DNA from: Trichosphaerium sp. ATCC 40318
Taxonomy: Eukaryota > Protista > Tubulinea
Direction: 5' to 3'
Assembly: GCA_038496445.1 (NCBI GenBank)
Contig: JALMLS010000277.1
Span: 310,001 to 374,000 of the forward strand
DNA length: 64,000 bases
The position numbers were made by a program, and so were the translations under genes. Below, piece after piece: positions 25,118 through 37,887 of the stretch. How positions within the stretch are numbered: position 1 is the stretch's first letter; every line of letters begins with the position of its first letter. Below the pieces are notes generated by a model that worked only from the letters and a program-made list of their open reading frames with translations, was not told the origin of the DNA and searched no databases.

Positions 25118-26525
25118 TCAATGTTTTAGAGATATAGGAGGTATTAAAGGATCAGGATACATTGGATAACGTAATATCTTTCTTGATAAACGCCTGTAGA
25201 ACACGATAAGAGAAAATAGAAAAAAAAATTGTTCATACTGTGGTACAAGGTGATCACTCTCTGGAACATTTGTAAGCATGAATAAACTCTGATATTCGTT
25301 TCCACGCCCGACAGGCGCGAGTATAATTCCATTAGGCTTTAGTAGTATCCTTAAACTCTCTGGAGGCACACGCTCAACGGCACCTCTATTCAAAGAACAA
25401 ATCAAAAACTGTATGACTAAGGGTAAACAAAACACGTACGTGTATATTATGACATCATATGCGCCTATTTTTTTGTGTATTTTTGGTAAGCTAGGTATGT
25501 CTTCCTGACGGAGAAGGTTAGATAATACCTTGTAAATCTTTTAAAACGTACACATTCCACGATTGTCAGTCTATCTCTTAGATCAGGATAGTATTTACGT
25601 ACATTCTTCTCTGCTAATTTTCTTATAGGCTCTTGAGGCTCAATAGAAACAACAGACCCTTCAAAACAAATTAGAATGCACAAAAAAAACCGTGTTGTCT
25701 TTTTTTTTACAATCACGTTTTGTGTCACGTGACGCCGTATACCTTCACTTCCAACAAATTCTGCTAATATACATGCAGTGTATCCTGATCCGGTTGGTAA
25801 GTGTAATATTTGAAGTGGTTCTCCAGTTTGAGTGATATTGCAAGCAAGCTCATCCAAGACATAAAAATAGCAAGTCAGTTAATGCATTGTTTTGACATTT
25901 AGGACAAAAATCGCATTGTACCAAAGATATCAATTCTGGAGATGCATTTTTACGACTAGCCATGGCGTAACCTTCCATTTCATCCACTATTGAATAATAG
26001 TAAGTTATTGTAAGCGCTGCTGGATGCTGTGAAGGTAATAAAAATCTAAAAGATTTTCGACAGTTTTTTTTTTGACAGATCTGTCATACTGATTGGAAGT
26101 GATGAATCTTGATATGGCGCTGACCAACACGTCGATATGAATCCAATCCTATCAATGGCAAGCATACTTTTTATCACTAGTGATAAAACGTTACAAAAAA
26201 CATTCGAATGATTTCAATGACAACGTACTTTTGTCGTTTGTTAGCATACTTTTTGCTAAATGGTTTTTTTAGTACAAGATATTGGTTTTATACGTTGTAT
26301 TATACTCTATAGTATACCTGCGAGATACTGTATGAGGTCTGCGTTTGTTTTTAATTCTATAACGCCACTTACGCGCACAGCCGCTGCTTTTGATATCTAG
26401 CACTAATATTAGCGTAACGGCGTAACGTCTCATAATTAAATCACCTCTTGGATGCCAAAGCCAATAGCTAAGCTCCCAAATACAAAATCCAATACATACG
26501 GCAAAGTTGACAAGATGTCAGTCAT
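25118..26525 (-). CDS. Protein-L-isoaspartate O-methyltransferase (PCMT)-like protein with N-terminal hydrophobic segment
   Basis: MLAIDRIGF, APYQD, TISAP-like segment, ILHLPTGSGY, VVSIE, YDVII..GAVE..P..L..LKPNGIILAPVG. Confidence 0.8.
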
Positions 26526-27063
26526 TCTTGCGTGATTTGATGCTAATAATCGCTGACACAAAAAAAAATGTCAAGAACAGTCTTTTCAACGTTCAAAGTG
26601 TCACATTTCTACTTTCTACCAGACAAATCATGGCAAGTGAAGAGTGAGCGTGGATAAGGATCTAATTGGAAGAAGTCAAGGACAAGTGTAACGTGAACCA
26701 AAATTGTTTTTCTCACTCACTTTTCCGGCTACGCGTACAAGAAGTCATGTGTAGTTACGACACGAGGTGTTGCGAACTCTCGGACGTCAACAAAGCACGT
26801 TAAAACTACATTTCCCAATTTCTACGGCAATAATAGGCGTTTGACGCTGTAGCACGTAAACCGTCAGTGGTGATACAATATGTTTTTGATTCACATTGAG
26901 TTCTGGTGTTTTGCCTGAAACTAGAAGTTGCAAGTAGATGTAACGTACAAACGTCCCAATTGCGCAGCTGGGGTTCAATGTAAAGCGTGTAAAGTGTCTT
27001 CATAAGTAAATTGACTAAATTACAAAACAACATCATTTTAAGCATAACAGACGCAGTGGCTCA

Positions 27064-29357
27064 ATGTTGAAAAGACATAAGACAGTGTTTATCATTCTTG
27101 CATTCTGTGTCGTTTCTATCATAATACTCGCCTACTCCGGAGGTGAACACGTCAAAGTCATTGTTAAATATGCAACAGAAGTACGAGCAATAAATACTAC
27201 ATCAATAAACCACGTCGACGCTCTAAGCAGTCTTAAAGGGTAGCGGTTACGTAGCGGCGTCTGACAATACACCAAACGCAAACGAAGCAGTAAGTTTTTT
27301 GTAGAGATGCTATAAATCTAAACATGTCAATAGGACGAGGGATATACAGCCGGAGAACGAGAGCTTAGAGAGCGTGTTGAGCGTGAAGGTAATAGCACGC
27401 AAACAATGTTTCTTTTATAGGCGCAACGTTATATGTATTTCTCTTAGTACTACGCTTGTTCTAAGTTTAGAAGAGCAGCAAAAGTCATCACTTTGACAAA
27501 CCACCCGAAAAAACCAAACTGTCAAAGCTCAAAGTCATTCTTTGAATCTTTTGTTTTGCAAATTCTGTTCGTGCAATTCTACGTTTTTTTCACAACAAGG
27601 AAAATACGTTACGGTTTTCTGCTATGAAAAACTATACGCGTTTTGGGTGGTTTGAAAAAGAAAAGCGAGATTTGACGATTAAATTGTTTTTGTTTTTTGT
27701 TGATTTCAAAAAAAAGTGTAAATCACGTGAATGTTTGGGTTTTTTTTTAACTTTTTGTAGGTATAATATGTTTAAAATCAACACCCACTCGCAAGTCATT
27801 TAATATCTGTATTGTACATGAGGTTCGTGTGTACGAGGGGAAGTTCTACTACACAAGATCAAGCCCGAAAGTTGATGAAATGTTTAAGTCGAAAAACCCA
27901 AATATCACATTCTTGTTGACAGCTCCAAATGTCTCTCCGCCTATTCATAATATAAGTTATAAGGATCCAGATACTTTCGAAACCAACATTGACTATGAGG
28001 TACGACTACAAGTCAAAAAAGTCAAAAGGATAGTGACTGTTTAATTTTTTGTAGTTTCCTGAAAATCAATTCACGTTCCTTGTTGGCACACTGCTTCCGA
28101 ATATTTATCATATCATACACGGAACTATGGTTGGATTGTACCAAATTTTGGATAAGTGGGGTATAGCTGATGCAAAGATCGGATCTTTGCAAACTATCGA
28201 TTGGCCTAAAAATCCACCGACAAAAAAAGCTCAAGCACTTTACAAAGCCTGGTTCGAAATACCATTAGGTCGTCCACAAATTTTCTTGGGTGAACTTGAT
28301 AAGACGTACAACAATACACATGTACGTATACCATACGCCATTGTTGGATTCCAGAACGAACAATCATTTCCAAGAGAACATACAGTCAAAGTTGCGTAAG
28401 TACTTTTTTATCTTGATAATTTCTTTTGATTGTTTGACCTTTTCTATTTGTTTAGGAACCTGATTGCTAAATCACATGGTATCGATTTACCGAGTGCTCA
28501 CAAAGAACCACGTACAGGCAGAAAAAAAGTTACTTTATGGAAGAGAGGGTTCAGTGCTGGTAGGAACTCAAAAGTTACACCAAGACATATTACAAATTTT
28601 GATAAAGTTGAAGAAATGATACGTACTATACCTGATATTGACTTGGAAGTTTTTTTATCAACAAATAAGACAGTCTTTGAACAAATAGAGCAAATTGATC
28701 ATACAGATTTATTGATTAAAGCTTATGGTGCTGGTTCAATGAATGCTATGTGGTTGAGACCAGGTTCTGCTTTTATTGAAGTTTTTAATAAAGGAGGACA
28801 TTATGAAGTTTGGACAACCTATGGAAAACTTGCAAGAACAATGTCATTAAGATACTTCACACATACTTCTAACAAAACGGCACGTGATTTTATTTTACCC
28901 CATTCCTTTACTTTTTTCCCTCCTGCCGCACAGAAACAAACCCTTAAATTCCGTATTTTTTGCTTGTAAAATCGAATTTTACATATTTTCATAAAAAGTG
29001 AAATTTTGCTGTTTTGGTCGCCTTCCTGTGGTGCTGCGCAGACACCACTGAACCAAAAAATAAGTGGTGTTTTATTGAAATAATTATAGTTAGTGAAACA
29101 TCAACAATAATGAATCTGTTTAGGTGTTTAATAAAGACAATTACGTGCACATGTGCAAAAAGGCAAAGGGGTATGATAAATGTATAGAAGGAAAACCAAA
29201 GCTAGACACATGTTGTGCCCTGTGGTACAATGATCACCCAATAACAGTAGACACAGAAGAATTAAAAGCTACAGTATTAAAGGCTCTTGACAGTAACTAT
29301 GAACCTAAATGTAAGCGTGTAAAAGGAAGGATAGAGAAAATTCAAGCATGTGAGTAA
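27064..29357 (+). CDS. Type II membrane glycosyltransferase family 61 (EOGT/DUF563-like)
   Basis: N-terminal TM; HYFYHIIH, RHITNFDKV, EQIEQIDHTDLLIKAYGAGSMNAMWLRPGSAFIEVF. Confidence 0.82.
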
Positions 29358-29630
29358 TAAATACTTTTCTCAGAAAAAAACTTGTGGTATCAAATAACAC
29401 GCAAGTTATTCCTAAATAAAATCATGTAATGGCAAGAGTTTGGCTTAAAACAAACCCCACAGGCAAATGTGATCGATAGGTGTACAGCAAAGATGGCTTT
29501 GCGGAAAGGTTTGTCTTTGAATTCAAACAGGTTAATTTGAGTTGCACGCCAGTTTTACCGTTTATTATAATGTACATAGGATTTAACCAGGTATGCTTTG
29601 TAAATACAAGGGTTTTTTTGCTTATGTTTT

Positions 29631-31731
29631 TCACTCCTCCTCTACATCTTCTATTGGTGCAAGTGTGCCCAGTATTCCTGATGCTTCACTTAAAGAGTAC
29701 GCACGACGCCTGATTGGAGGTATTTCACTTGGTGCAGAGAGTAATTGCTTTTTAGGAAGGAGTTGAAATGCTTTGGGCCTTCTTGGCGCTTCTGGTGTAG
29801 ACTCTCTACTACCAGGTCTACGAGCAGATTTGGATACGCTAACGCGAGGTACACTTATTGGTTTGGCTGTCGGGATTAGCTTGTTTAGCCGATAACGAAA
29901 AGCGTTTTGATCAGCTCTATTCCATACAAACGGTTCCTTTAAGAGGTTAGCAGGTAATACAAACAACGCGTAAAGGTGTCTTCAACAACCTTAAGTAATC
30001 CATACCTTAAGTAGTGATCTAGCTTCCGGACGTGATAGTGGGTCTCGTGACAAACACTTCTTCATAAATCGATGAAAATGTTTTGTCCAGTTCGAAGGCT
30101 CCTCTAAAGGCGTAACACCTTTCTCTAGGATCAATTCTCTTATATTATCACTTTGTTTATACGGTAGCTTATCTACGCAGTAGTGAATAAAGTGTGTTTG
30201 TGAAGTTTTAGCGTACTCTCTACAAGTTCTTTTAAAGTAATGCCGAAACTCCAAATATCTACTTTACTAGAGTACCCCTTGCCTCCAAAGACCTTATAAA
30301 ACACCTTAGTAGGCAACAAGAGTTTATAAAACAAACCTCTGGAGCAATCCAATCAAGTGTACCAACAACAGAATGCAACTCCTTTGCAGGATCAGATAGC
30401 CTTGCTGATTGGCCAAAATCAGCTACGCGAACAGTTAACTACTTGCAAAATCTCAAAAAGCTTTTTGACGTACCAAGCTTTATATCACCTTGAGAATTTG
30501 TCTAACAAGCGCCATTAATACGCGCATTACCATTGTTGAAAAATCAAAATAAAAAAAATAAAAGCAAAACTACAAAAACCAGAATTCTTGCAAAAATAGA
30601 ATAACACCCAACTGCTTTGTTTCGTAGATGTTTGTAGAAAGATTTCTTAACAAAAATGCGTTGTGTACCATTATGTTGTCACTTTTAATATCTCTATGTA
30701 TAATACCACGTGCATGCAAGAAAATAAGAGTACTCAGAACCTAATAGGAGCATAAGTGGACCAAAATTAAAAAACAAATAAAAAACGTACAGAAAAGCAA
30801 ATGAACGCAATGTGAGGTTCATTAGCAAATAGGTTACTCTTAGCTTTAATTGAAGCCTTATGAACACTATGTAGAGACCCCTTTAACAAAAAAAAACACG
30901 TAAACATCCCCGAAAACATTAAAATCAAAAAAATCAAATTGAGTCCACCAAATACGCTCTAGTATATGTGAACCATTTAGTACGTACTTACCTTGTCCAT
31001 GTATTCCATTACAACACAAAAAGAAGTCCCTCTAAAGAAGCTATTTTCAAACTGAACAACGTTTGGATGTCCTTTACACTGTTTCATTATTTTTATCTCA
31101 GTGAGTAGTCGCCTACAAGTAATCGCGTATGAGCATTTCAAAACGGGTGTTGGTGTGGGTGCAATTAAAAGAAACAATGGCAACCAGCTGCCTTTTCCGT
31201 TACAAGTAACACGCACTGTTCATGTTTAACTGCTCCGTTTGAATTGTATAACATTGGTATTACTTTGACAACGACTTTTTTGTAGGTTGATAAGTCTTTT
31301 GCAAGTTCAACAATGGTGCCATGACTTCCAGTAGCGATTATACCAAGATTTCGGTACCTAAATAATGAATTTAATAACTTTATGGCTTCGATAAGCAAAA
31401 TCAAAATAGTTGCATACAGTCTTGCGCTCTCCTTTGGAGATGACACATCCTACGATTGTGTAAATGTTTATCGCATCATAAACCGAAAGTTTTAGTACTT
31501 GTAATGTCAAAAGCTTTATAGGCTCTCCAGAGCTTCTTCTATGAGTTCTTGGTCTCCCACTCCAGCTTTTAACGTATTAGTATCTCAAAAAAAGGAAACA
31601 GCGCTACAAAATGCAAAGAAGGGTGTGTTAAAGCTTAAAATGTAATAATACCTCGATCTAGCACGGCTACGCCTCGGGGAACGATTATTTTTGCGCTGCC
31701 GCCCTGTTTTACGTTCATGGGAAGCGTACAT
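29631..31731 (-). CDS. STE20/PAK-family Ser/Thr kinase
   Basis: IATGSHG, VVVK, HPNVV, VVMEYMD, IIHRDIKSDN, ADFG, VGTLDWIAPE. Confidence 0.9.
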
Positions 31732-32212
31732 ACAGATTTACTTATTTATACTAGCACGAGTGTAGTTTTGCTGATAATTGTTTAACTATATCAAAAAAAA
31801 GGCGAGTTTTCATGATTTCTTCCTTTATTGTCAACATCATTAATTTTTGAGAAACCAATGCTGCAAGGCGCAAGAAGCGAATCTTAATTTGGTGACGCCA
31901 TCAAAGAACTACGCGGAGATTTTTATCTCAGCGTACTTGTACCGAAACAAACTGCCCTACGGTAGCCCTGATATGATATCAAAAGAGCACGTCAATGCTT
32001 TAGCAGTGTTGATGTCATCGCCTTTTTAGTAAAAGGTAACATGATCAAGCTGTATAAACTCCAGAAATGCTCTCCAACTAAATCTAGACGAGGGTTTCTA
32101 CTTACAATATTTCGTTACAATATATTTATTCGCTGGCTAGAACCAGCTGAGTTTTAAGGTGAAGAAATGTGCGGTTTTAAGTTCGTCTTACAAATGTTCA
32201 CGAAGTGACTGA

Positions 32213-32893
32213 ATGGCAGGTCACTACGTCAAAACTTTTGTTACAATGGAAACAAAAGGTGTTCTGTACCATGCATACCCTTCTCGCTCAACAAGAGTGC
32301 TATGGGCCTTGTATGAAGCAAACCTAGAAGAGTCTTTCCGAGTAGTAGTAACGAAGTTTGGTGTAAGTAACCCAGAGCTAGTATCAGCAAACCCTCTTGC
32401 TACTGTACCAACATTAACTATCAACACGATACATAATGGCACAACAACAACGATAAACCTCATAGAGACGTCATCGATACTTTATTGGCTTCAGGATAAT
32501 GGAAACCTTAAAAAAAATAACGACAAGGTATGCTCTGCGTACCAACATAACTGGATGGCTATATCAGCATGTACGCTCGATCCTGTACTCTACCAAGTCT
32601 TTGAACATACAATATTACTTGCTGAGGAAAAACGTGACCAAACAGTTCTGGCACGTGCCAAAGAAAAATTGTGTAAAATACTCGACATGCTTGAAGCGCA
32701 CCTGAAAGGATTTGGACCATGGATATGTGGAGAAGATTTTCAACTTGTTGATTGCATTGTTGGCGGTGAGCTTCAGTTCACAGTTGATATCAAAGCTTTG
32801 GAGCTTGAAAACAGATTCCCTGTTTGTCATGGATACCTAGAACGTTGTAGAGGACGTGACGCATTTAAAAAAGCGTATGTAAAGCCACAATAG
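32213..32893 (+). CDS. Glutathione S-transferase, intronless
   Basis: SRSTRVLWALYE, NPLATVPTL, LIETSSILYWL, WICGEDFQLVDC. Confidence 0.92.
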   Translation: MAGHYVKTFVTMETKGVLYHAYPSRSTRVLWALYEANLEESFRVVVTKFGVSNPELVSANPLATVPTLTINTIHNGTTTTINLIETSSILYWLQDNGNLKKNNDKVCSAYQHNWMAISACTLDPVLYQVFEHTILLAEEKRDQTVLARAKEKLCKILDMLEAHLKGFGPWICGEDFQLVDCIVGGELQFTVDIKALELENRFPVCHGYLERCRGRDAFKKAYVKPQ

Positions 32894-32964
32894 GAATTGG
32901 AACTTGATTCTTCTTTTTTTGAGGTTTTTTTTGGAAAGTTTTTTATTTGACATGTCATGTTGTT

Positions 32965-33420
32965 TTAATCAAAATCAAATCGCTGTACCATATCATTTGG
33001 CCATAGTTGTGGGTATTTACGTTGATGTTCCATGCAATTACGCACTCGCAATGAATAAGCGTTCAAAACTCTGCAATCTTCTGTAGCGACATATTCGTCG
33101 CGTTGGCAAACCTCTGCGGCTAATTTCATTACGTTTTGTAATGATGGGAAAACTTCCAGCTCAGCGTCTTTTAATTCTTGTGTACCATCTGGTAGTGGCT
33201 TAGTAGGGTGAGGATTAGAAGCGTAGTGCTCATCCATTTGAGTATTGAGTTTATAACATCCTTTGTAGAAAGCAGTAGCCATGTGACTAGCAGCGCGTAC
33301 TACTCTAGAGTCTTCGTTGTTTGGCATCATTGTGTCGCTTTTTGATGACGGATGGAAGAAATAATACCCCAAAGTGCCTGGGCCCCATGCTTGCTTATCG
33401 TACGGTTGCCAAGCTTCCAT
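32965..33420 (-). CDS. Hypothetical ~150-aa intronless protein
   Basis: Uninterrupted ORF with protein-like composition, convergent on the GST. Confidence 0.6.
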   Translation of the reverse strand: MEAWQPYDKQAWGPGTLGYYFFHPSSKSDTMMPNNEDSRVVRAASHMATAFYKGCYKLNTQMDEHYASNPHPTKPLPDGTQELKDAELEVFPSLQNVMKLAAEVCQRDEYVATEDCRVLNAYSLRVRNCMEHQRKYPQLWPNDMVQRFDFD

Positions 33421-33701
33421 TAACGCAAAGTTTAACAATTAATACGCTCTAAAAACCTTGTAACACTAAGAAGACAGAAAATCGCACGTTGTAGCGATAT
33501 GTAAACTCAGAATGTACTATCAACAGTACCATTAAGTGATTTGTAAGCTACTTAACGACTTTTTTTTTGTTTGAAATTTTTTTGATAATTTACAAGTTTT
33601 ATATTTACAGGTTTTAAAACGCGATTAAGGCATCTTCTTAGTACCAAATATAGAGGAGATATATTGGACAAGAGATTAGAGGCTGTGTTGTTCATAAATG
33701 T

Positions 33702-35294
33702 TCACTTGAAGCAGCGTCTCAGACCAACTCCAACTAGTGATGCCGCAGCATATAAGAATATCGCACATAAGCCACCAACAAAACCTCTGGAAGATGGATA
33801 GGTCTTCAAGTTTTTACAATCATCTTCACCATCTCTACAACTCATAACAGCGATTGAAGAAAAATCGCCTGCTCTTGAAAGTGGGAAGCTCTGCGAAAAA
33901 AGATTAGAGAAAAAAAAAAATCAAAATTTCTTCATTTTTGTTTTGAGATTCAGCACGTACTGCATGATGTCTAAAAGAACAAGATGAATAGCTTGTACAA
34001 TTTACATACTGGATGTATACAACTGCCCTTGATCTGTCTGTTATAAATAGTAGGTTCGTAGCTATCAGAGATGTTAGAATGAAAAAGATAGCAAAGTCTA
34101 ACTAAATACAGTACTACTTACGTTCGTCATAGGCTAGCCGGTCAGGCGAAAATGAGTCACCTGACTCGTCGTTAAGTGTAATACCCCTATAACCATTTTG
34201 AGTGGGGTGTAGTATGTAAATTCTTGATCCAGTGGTGGCCCTATTCAATCAATCAGAAGTGACACATTTTTAAAATAAAATAAAGACACTCCGTCTTTTT
34301 ACTAACGTTGCAAATAAAACACCACTCTCTGGATGTACTTCTATGTCTTGTATTCGTAGAGCACCAAGAACATTCCAAACCAGCTTAGTATCCGACTAGG
34401 CACAATAATTAGTCAAAAAAAAAGTATACATCTTTCAAATCTCACATCAATATGGACGGCATCAAGGGAACTTGAACTAGTTCTGATATAATATAGTCGA
34501 TTCTTAGAATCTATAGATACGACAGGAGGTGTAGTAGATGATCCAGTAGATGACTAGAAGTATTAACATCGAATTCCATTAGAACGTGTGTAAAAAAAAA
34601 AAAGAAGAAAGAAATACGCACTGAACGAAAGTTTAGAGCTCCATTATTAAGACCATAAATATCTCTGTTGTACAGAAAACGAAGCCCACTGTACACTGAC
34701 GAACGAGTGGTTCTTGTTTGGAAAGTGTAAAGCATTCTACAAGGACATCTCAATGGCATGTTATTGAAAACGGTATATTGCGTACTTGTTGGCACTGTCT
34801 AGTGCAACACCATCTAAAGCGCCACCCCTATCGAACTGAACGAGGTGTTTTATTCTGCCATCCTAATTTGGCTTAGATACATATTTATACGCGATGTGAG
34901 CATGTACGAACGTTTGTAAGCTTCGAAACATGACGATTTGTGTTAGTGAAGTACAACGCGCTAAAATGCATGAGACTAGGCTGTAAGCTCCCACAACGCG
35001 ATTAACAACTAGTATACACACCGTTGATCGGTATCAAAAGCCATTGAAATAGCTCGTCTACTTAAATCAGCAAACGTTAATGTTTTCAATACAGTGGCGC
35101 TCCAAGAAGTACTGTCGGTTGGATTTAACCTAAACAAGTCAAAATAATAAGCTACGTAATCTGACGCACCTGACTACAACACCAGTTAACCCACGGAAGC
35201 TATAGAACAAGCGAAAGGTCTGGGGTACATCAGTTTGGCAGTACGTAGCTGTAACGGTACATAAACACACCAATACTAGTACGAGCGTATCCAT
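33702..35294 (-). CDS. Signal-peptide protein with beta-propeller-like (YWTD/NHL-type) repeats and C-terminal TM
   Basis: MDTLVLVLGVLC signal; DGVALDS, VSIDSKNRLYYI, DIEVHPESGVLF, RLAYDEPTNLLFITD blade-like repeats; terminal hydrophobic helix. Confidence 0.6.
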
Positions 35295-35739
35295 GGCTAT
35301 TATAACAGACTGTGCCTGTTACCCAATTCTAAACAAGTTATTTGCTGAACCCCGAAAGACTTAGCGGTGTGAACCGGTAAAGTAGAAGGTGATGGTATTG
35401 CACTAACCTTGGGCCTATAAATTATGGCCAACAAAAGAGTAGTTGGTTCCCGTGACTTCATTATTAGCTGCTTATTCGGTGAAATGGTTCGCGAATAGAA
35501 AAACAGTTGCAACACTGTGTAGCGCTCCAGGCTTACGAAAACGATGAGATGCGTCTTTATGAGGTGTATGCATACTTTATAAGACTTGTGAAACCATCTA
35601 AAGGCTGTGGTACTAATTGTCACATGACTGAAGAGTCATTAACGAAAAAAAAGAGCAAACATTCGTCTTTATTTACATAGCAACTAACGGCACGCACGAA
35701 GAAAAATCCTACTGGTTAAGAAAAAATTACTACATTAAT

Positions 35740-37887
35740 TTATTTATCTACTGTACTCAACGATCTTGTGCTAACGCTGAACTCTCTTGATCGTTTTTTG
35801 GAAAATTCATTAAGATCTGTATTTCGTGAAGCTGTAGACATTTGGCTATCCGTTCTTCCAAGTCTAGCTGTAGACATAGTTGTACTCATTGTTCTCTCGA
35901 TTGCATGAATCTCTTGCTTAAGTTTCCTTTTACGCATGTACCATACTACTACAGCAATGGCCGGCTAAATGATAGAAACGTAAGTAAAAAATGTGTACAA
36001 ACAAAAAAAAAGTCATGCGTACCACAAGAATGACGAGGACGACCACAATTACAACCACAACTATAACCCATGGCTCACTCTTACCGTCACAACTACGCAT
36101 TAGTTGCAGTACTGTGAGTTGTCTGGATACTTCGAGGTTACAGCCCTCAGGATCTTCTGGTAAAACAACATCATCCCAAGCGCCTTCGGAGCAACCATAA
36201 CGGAACAAATCAACGGCTTCTCCGTCTTCCAAGTCTATGTCAACGACTACTAGGGTTCCATTGAATGTTACACAGCTTGATACATCGATAGTAGTCCCAC
36301 TATTAACAATAACTTCTTCAACCTCATTAAGAACGAGCTCACCAAAGATCTCAATGTCAACGTTTGTAATGTTGATTGGCCTGTCAACAATTAAAATTCC
36401 TTCACTCGGTATTTGGGTTCCATCACATTCTTGCCAAGCAACACCTGTCTCCAAACATGCCAATACTTTAAGAGAAGATAATATCGGCTTTTGACAAAAA
36501 TCGACTGTGCCTTGCCTGCAACGTGTAAGTTAAAGTCAACGCTTAAAAGAATAAACCTGTTAATTTCGTCTGTTGAGAATATTGGATTATCTGGATTCGA
36601 AGAGGTTTTTATTATCGCTGCTATTGCTTTCTCTGATCCACTTTGTATCATTCGCATTTTAACAGAACATGAGACTTGTTCTCCTTCGCCCAAAGTAGCT
36701 TTGAACTTGAAAGAGTCTTCGAGCTGGGTTTTTTCAATCTCGCCATCGACGCCCTGAAATTATGTTATTGAGAGTGTTGATATTTTGATATAATAACGTA
36801 CCAATGAAGTACAATTTATAGATCCTATTTCCATACTACCAAAAGTATTATCAAAAGGTAGAATAACATTTATATCTTCGGTTGTTTCTGGATATGACAT
36901 ATAATTTTCACAAAAAACAGTCAGTAAAATTGTATCATTCTTCTGGTAGAATGCGCTTTTTGCTTGCAAATACGACTCAATAGTATGCCTTTACATATTG
37001 TGGTTAGATAATGTAATACGTCCCAAACAAACGAGAAAAAAAACCAAGAAGATTTTTCTTTTTTTTTAGTCTATTTTTTGTTTGTTTCCACATACCAACA
37101 CGATACACGAGGCTGACAGCAAGCGTACTCAAATTTTCCACTTGCTCCACCCACCTCAGAACTCAATGCAACCTCTAAACCAGTAACCGTCGTATAATCA
37201 TTTCGCCTTGAAGAATCAAAAGGAAGACAGATATCAAGGCTAGAGGGAATAGAACTATTAATTGAGACTGACGAGATCAAATCTCCATTTGATGTGCTCG
37301 CTTTTATTGAAACGTTAAGTCCGGCATCAACATAAGAAGCATGCAAGTTCCAACAGTCTTGAAGCAAAAAAAGATCGTCAATAAATATTGTAATGTGCAA
37401 AAATCACGTGAATAATACAAACATTCACGTGATTAATAAACATTGCCACGCATTATTCACGTGACAATTTTTGTAATTTTAGTTTTGGGAAACAATAAAA
37501 AACCTTTCAAAGCTGTTTTCCTTTGTTTATAAATCATATTGTCGTACCACATCCACCTACATTAAAGTCTACAGGTGAGAAACCAGTAAATGTTGGACCG
37601 TTGTATTCTATCACACAATCGCCAAAAGTCGTATTGTCAGGCAAGTGCGAAAAGACTCCATCAGATATATTGCAGCTCATTGTATCAGTAACCATAGGAT
37701 TATTTTGAAATGTTGCTGTAAGCCTCCTTGTACCACCAATGACATTGACGGAGTCTCTTATATCAATAGAACGCGATACAGTCCCATTGACGAGATTAAT
37801 ATCAGTTACATCTGAAAACAAGTCTATTATCTGCGTATTCACTAGTAGTACAAAGAATAAAGGTAAAGCTAACGATACGCAATACAT
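35740..37887 (-). CDS. Type I membrane surface protein of unknown function
   Basis: Signal peptide MYCVSLALPLFFVLL; Cys/beta-rich ectodomain; poly-Val TM; Ser/Thr/Arg-rich tail ending at 35740. Confidence 0.7.
37404..37464. promoter_or_regulatory. Three palindromic TCACGTGA (E-box/CLEAR-like) motifs within one intron
   Basis: CACGTG cores at 37405, 37426 and 37458, each flanked T..A. Confidence 0.4.

Noticed and set aside
31796-32110. U3 snoRNA on the minus strand
   Set aside because: Only partial resemblance to boxes A and C'; no convincing box A', B or terminal CUGA
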